Sequence record: OK040170.1
Strand: one strand, 5' to 3'
DNA length: 64,000 nucleotides
Shown: piece by piece, positions 61,936-64,000 of the stretch
How the letters are laid out: each line of letters begins with the position of its first letter
Position numbering within the stretch: position 1 is the stretch's first letter
The notes under the pieces: model-generated
Databases searched by the model: none
The model's input: only the letters and a program-made list of their open reading frames with translations
Told to the model about the DNA's origin: nothing
Made by a program: the position numbers and the translations under genes

Positions 61936-62021
61936 AACCAGTTTTGACTTACGGACTACGTGAGTCGAAGAGCGTGTACGATTGTACACGTTAAACTGAG
62001 TTCCGGAACATTCGTCCGGAA
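61936..62021 (+). promoter_or_regulatory. Structured 5' leader (three-way junction plus a hairpin next to the RBS)
   Basis: P1 AACCAGTTT/AAACTG-A-GTT; P2 GACTTACG/CGTGAGTC; P3 CGTGTAC/GTACACG; then TTCCGGA/TCCGGAA. Confidence 0.5.
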
Positions 62022-62034
62022 TAGGAGCACTACC

Positions 62035-62649
62035 ATGGAAATCGACTACGATTTCAAAACACCTAGTTTATGGATTGACAAAGGTGTTGTCGAAGACGCT
62101 AAGAGATTTAAGTCTCTTAATAAATCCGGCAAGAAAAAGTTCATTGAAGAACTAAACGACTACGCCAGTAAAATGGGCGCGACTGACTACTCTAGTGATG
62201 GATTGAATCTACTTTGTACTCTTCTTGATAATATCGAGAAGGGATATGACGTAGAGGCATCTAAGGTGGTTATCTACTGCTTGTTGAAGCGCGTTGGTTT
62301 CAATGAGCTCGCCGAGAAGTTAGAGTCAGCTACTATGGAATCGTTATTAGTTAAAACGATTTTGAAGAAAGCGGCTCGTACGTTGTTATTCTTTATCTGT
62401 ACAACATACTTAAAGTCCTTTTCGATATCAGCTTTCATAGCTAAGTTTGCTTATGAATTCATGATACTAGTCGAAAAACGACTGGCGTTGATTAAAGCTG
62501 TTTTTAGATACTTTACCGTTAAAGGACATAAAGAGAAGACTGGGGACAACCAGTCTTCTCTGATTTACGGTCTTGGTACTAAGATCAGTTTGGTTTTCAC
62601 TTTCTTAAAAAGGAAGTGGAGGAATATCTATAAGATACTGAGGAGATAA
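62035..62649 (+). CDS. Hypothetical protein (AT-rich codons, basic C-terminus)
   Basis: ATG 62035 after RBS AGGAG. Confidence 0.7.
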   Translation: MEIDYDFKTPSLWIDKGVVEDAKRFKSLNKSGKKKFIEELNDYASKMGATDYSSDGLNLLCTLLDNIEKGYDVEASKVVIYCLLKRVGFNELAEKLESATMESLLVKTILKKAARTLLFFICTTYLKSFSISAFIAKFAYEFMILVEKRLALIKAVFRYFTVKGHKEKTGDNQSSLIYGLGTKISLVFTFLKRKWRNIYKILRR

Positions 62650-62740
62650 ACTACCACTAGGCCCGTGTTACCGCACGGGCCAATACCCTTTTCATAAAAA
62701 GAAAAGGTACGTAAAAATTGATTTCCATTACTTTTCAAGT

Positions 62741-62758
62741 CTATATAACCTAGGCGAA
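62741..62758 (+). promoter_or_regulatory. Early-type phage promoter
   Basis: CTATATAACCTAGGCGAA preceded by ATTTCCA. Confidence 0.65.
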
Positions 62759-62807
62759 TATCCAGAGTAATCTGGTCTTTTATCATACTTTATTTAGGAA
62801 AATCACC

Positions 62808-63143
62808 ATGTTCAACAAACTGAAATCTCACCCAATCGTAAACCGCATCAAAGCTATCGCTCAGAAAGTTCCAGTGATCAAAGTAGAGATCATGACTATC
62901 TCTGAAAACGATTCCGCTCTGCAGGTTGAAGTGAAACAGACTCTGAACTTCGGTCTGTCTGTAATCATGACCATCGCTCTGCTGGTAACTCTGGCAAACC
63001 TGATCGCAGTCACTTGGCCTATCCTGGCGTTCTACTCTGTTGTTCGTCTGTGCAACCGTGCTAGCCAAGCGTACAACAACTGGGCAGCTAAGCGTAAGGA
63101 AACCGAAACTCAAACCCCTGAAGCAGAACCAGTAACTGCGTAA
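62808..63143 (+). CDS. Two-TM membrane protein, paralogue of 63240-63689
   Basis: RBS AGGA; biased codons; starts 'MFNKLKS...IKVEIMT'. Confidence 0.75.
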   Translation: MFNKLKSHPIVNRIKAIAQKVPVIKVEIMTISENDSALQVEVKQTLNFGLSVIMTIALLVTLANLIAVTWPILAFYSVVRLCNRASQAYNNWAAKRKETETQTPEAEPVTA

Positions 63144-63239
63144 TAGCTCGATAACCCAAACTGTCGCGACCAGTGAGGGATCATCGAGGATCGTTCTATC
63201 ACAAACTCCAATCCATCATCTAATATTGAGGAAAACATT

Positions 63240-63689
63240 ATGTTCACTAAAGCTAAATCTTTCATCCGTAATATCGTCTCTCGTGCTAAAGCTGAGAAAA
63301 TCGAAGTGCTGACCGTTGAGCTGGTAGAAGTTCAGGACGTTGCTACTGCAGTTAAAACTGCTAAGAGCCGTCGTAACAAAGCCTTCGCAATCAACATGAT
63401 TGCAAACTGCATCGTTTCGTTCTCCTTCGGTTACGCGTTCATGTTCATCCTGTGCCTGTTCCCAGAAATCGTTCTGGCTCTGTGCACCCTGTTCGCTTTC
63501 ATTAAATGCGTCGATAAGATTGCCAACTTCTTTGCGGCGCGCGATGTTAACTCCACTAAAGCTCACCACGCTAACATGGAAGTAATCCTGAGCGTCTTCG
63601 GCGGTGAGGCTGTCAGCAATGTTCTGGATAAAAAATCTAAGTCGTCCAAGGAGGTGGCGGCTGACGATGGTGTAGTTGCTGCAGCGTAA
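63240..63689 (+). CDS. Two-TM membrane protein, paralogue of 62808-63143
   Basis: RBS GAGGA; starts 'MFTKAKS...IEVLTVEL'. Confidence 0.75.
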   Translation: MFTKAKSFIRNIVSRAKAEKIEVLTVELVEVQDVATAVKTAKSRRNKAFAINMIANCIVSFSFGYAFMFILCLFPEIVLALCTLFAFIKCVDKIANFFAARDVNSTKAHHANMEVILSVFGGEAVSNVLDKKSKSSKEVAADDGVVAAA

Positions 63690-63698
63690 TAAACAGAC

Positions 63699-63719
63699 GG
63701 CGGTGGTAATCCCACCGCC
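63699..63719 (+). terminator. Terminator-like hairpin
   Basis: GGCGGTGG-TAATC-CCACCGCC. Confidence 0.6.
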
Positions 63720-63752
63720 AATTATTTAAACTTGTTCAAAAGGTATATCCTA

Positions 63753-63926
63753 ATGGAACTGATCTTCTTGATGGTACTTCTCATCGTACTGCTGTCTTTC
63801 GTCACCAAATACCGTCCGAGCTTCATTACCGTGTTAGCGCTCAATCTCGCTATTGATGAGATCGGTATTAGAATCGCGCAGATGGCTTTCCGTGGCCTGG
63901 GCTCTGCTTTTAGTCGGGGTAATTGA
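63753..63926 (+). CDS. Small membrane protein
   Basis: ATG 63753 after AAGG; hydrophobic. Confidence 0.6.
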   Translation: MELIFLMVLLIVLLSFVTKYRPSFITVLALNLAIDEIGIRIAQMAFRGLGSAFSRGN

Positions 63927-63927
63927 A

Positions 63928-64000
63928 ATGGTACTAATCACTCTGTTGATGCTCATGTTCGTATTCGCTGAATGTAAGAACCCTATCTTGCGTTTCATTG
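63928..64000 (+). CDS. Small membrane protein, 3'-truncated by the window edge
   Basis: Starts MVLITLLMLMFVFAECK; open to the end of the window. Confidence 0.4.
   Translation, partial: MVLITLLMLMFVFAECKNPILRFI

Noticed and set aside
61936-62002. Possible hammerhead ribozyme or purine riboswitch in the three-way junction
   Set aside because: It lacks the CUGAUGA core and the purine-riboswitch junction sequences on either strand. Kept only as an unclassified structure.
1-64000. CRISPR array, introns/inteins, stop-codon reassignment, prophage or IS functions
   Set aside because: No regularly spaced direct repeats were seen. Marker genes are uninterrupted, coding density is high under the standard code with all three stop codons used, and no integrase or transposase motifs were found.

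Overview
This window is 64 kb of a lytic jumbo-phage genome, most likely phiKZ-related (Chimalliviridae / SPN3US-like). That assignment is inferred from sequence alone, not from a database search. It rests on a phiKZ-type internal head protein with S-X-E maturation sites, a recurrent TATATTAC-like early promoter, TATG cores ahead of virion genes, and phage sspB, phoH, thyA, folA, tdk and dut. Virion and receptor-binding genes lie at 1-3515 (+), 6667-10795 (+) and 52225-59516 (-). The rest is a dense + strand accessory region of about 100 mostly small genes with many intrinsic terminators. No tRNA, rRNA, CRISPR array, integrase, transposase, intron or intein was seen. The strongest candidates for undescribed biology are: (1) five diverged secreted two-cysteine paralogues at 37.7-41.5 kb, a possible periplasmic exclusion or inhibitor array; (2) a CATA tetramer just 5' of at least 13 terminator hairpins, which reads hairpin-TATG on the opposite strand; (3) a dUTPase fused to a tandemly duplicated ~90-aa domain; (4) an unannotated 38-aa highly acidic peptide with its own promoter and terminator; (5) a set of probable counter-defence or host-takeover enzymes (ART-like, NADAR-like, Mesh1-like HD, papain-like, SspB); and (6) a three-way-junction RNA leader behind a duplicated 39-bp promoter block. 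All functional calls come from motif recognition by eye and need HMM or structure confirmation.
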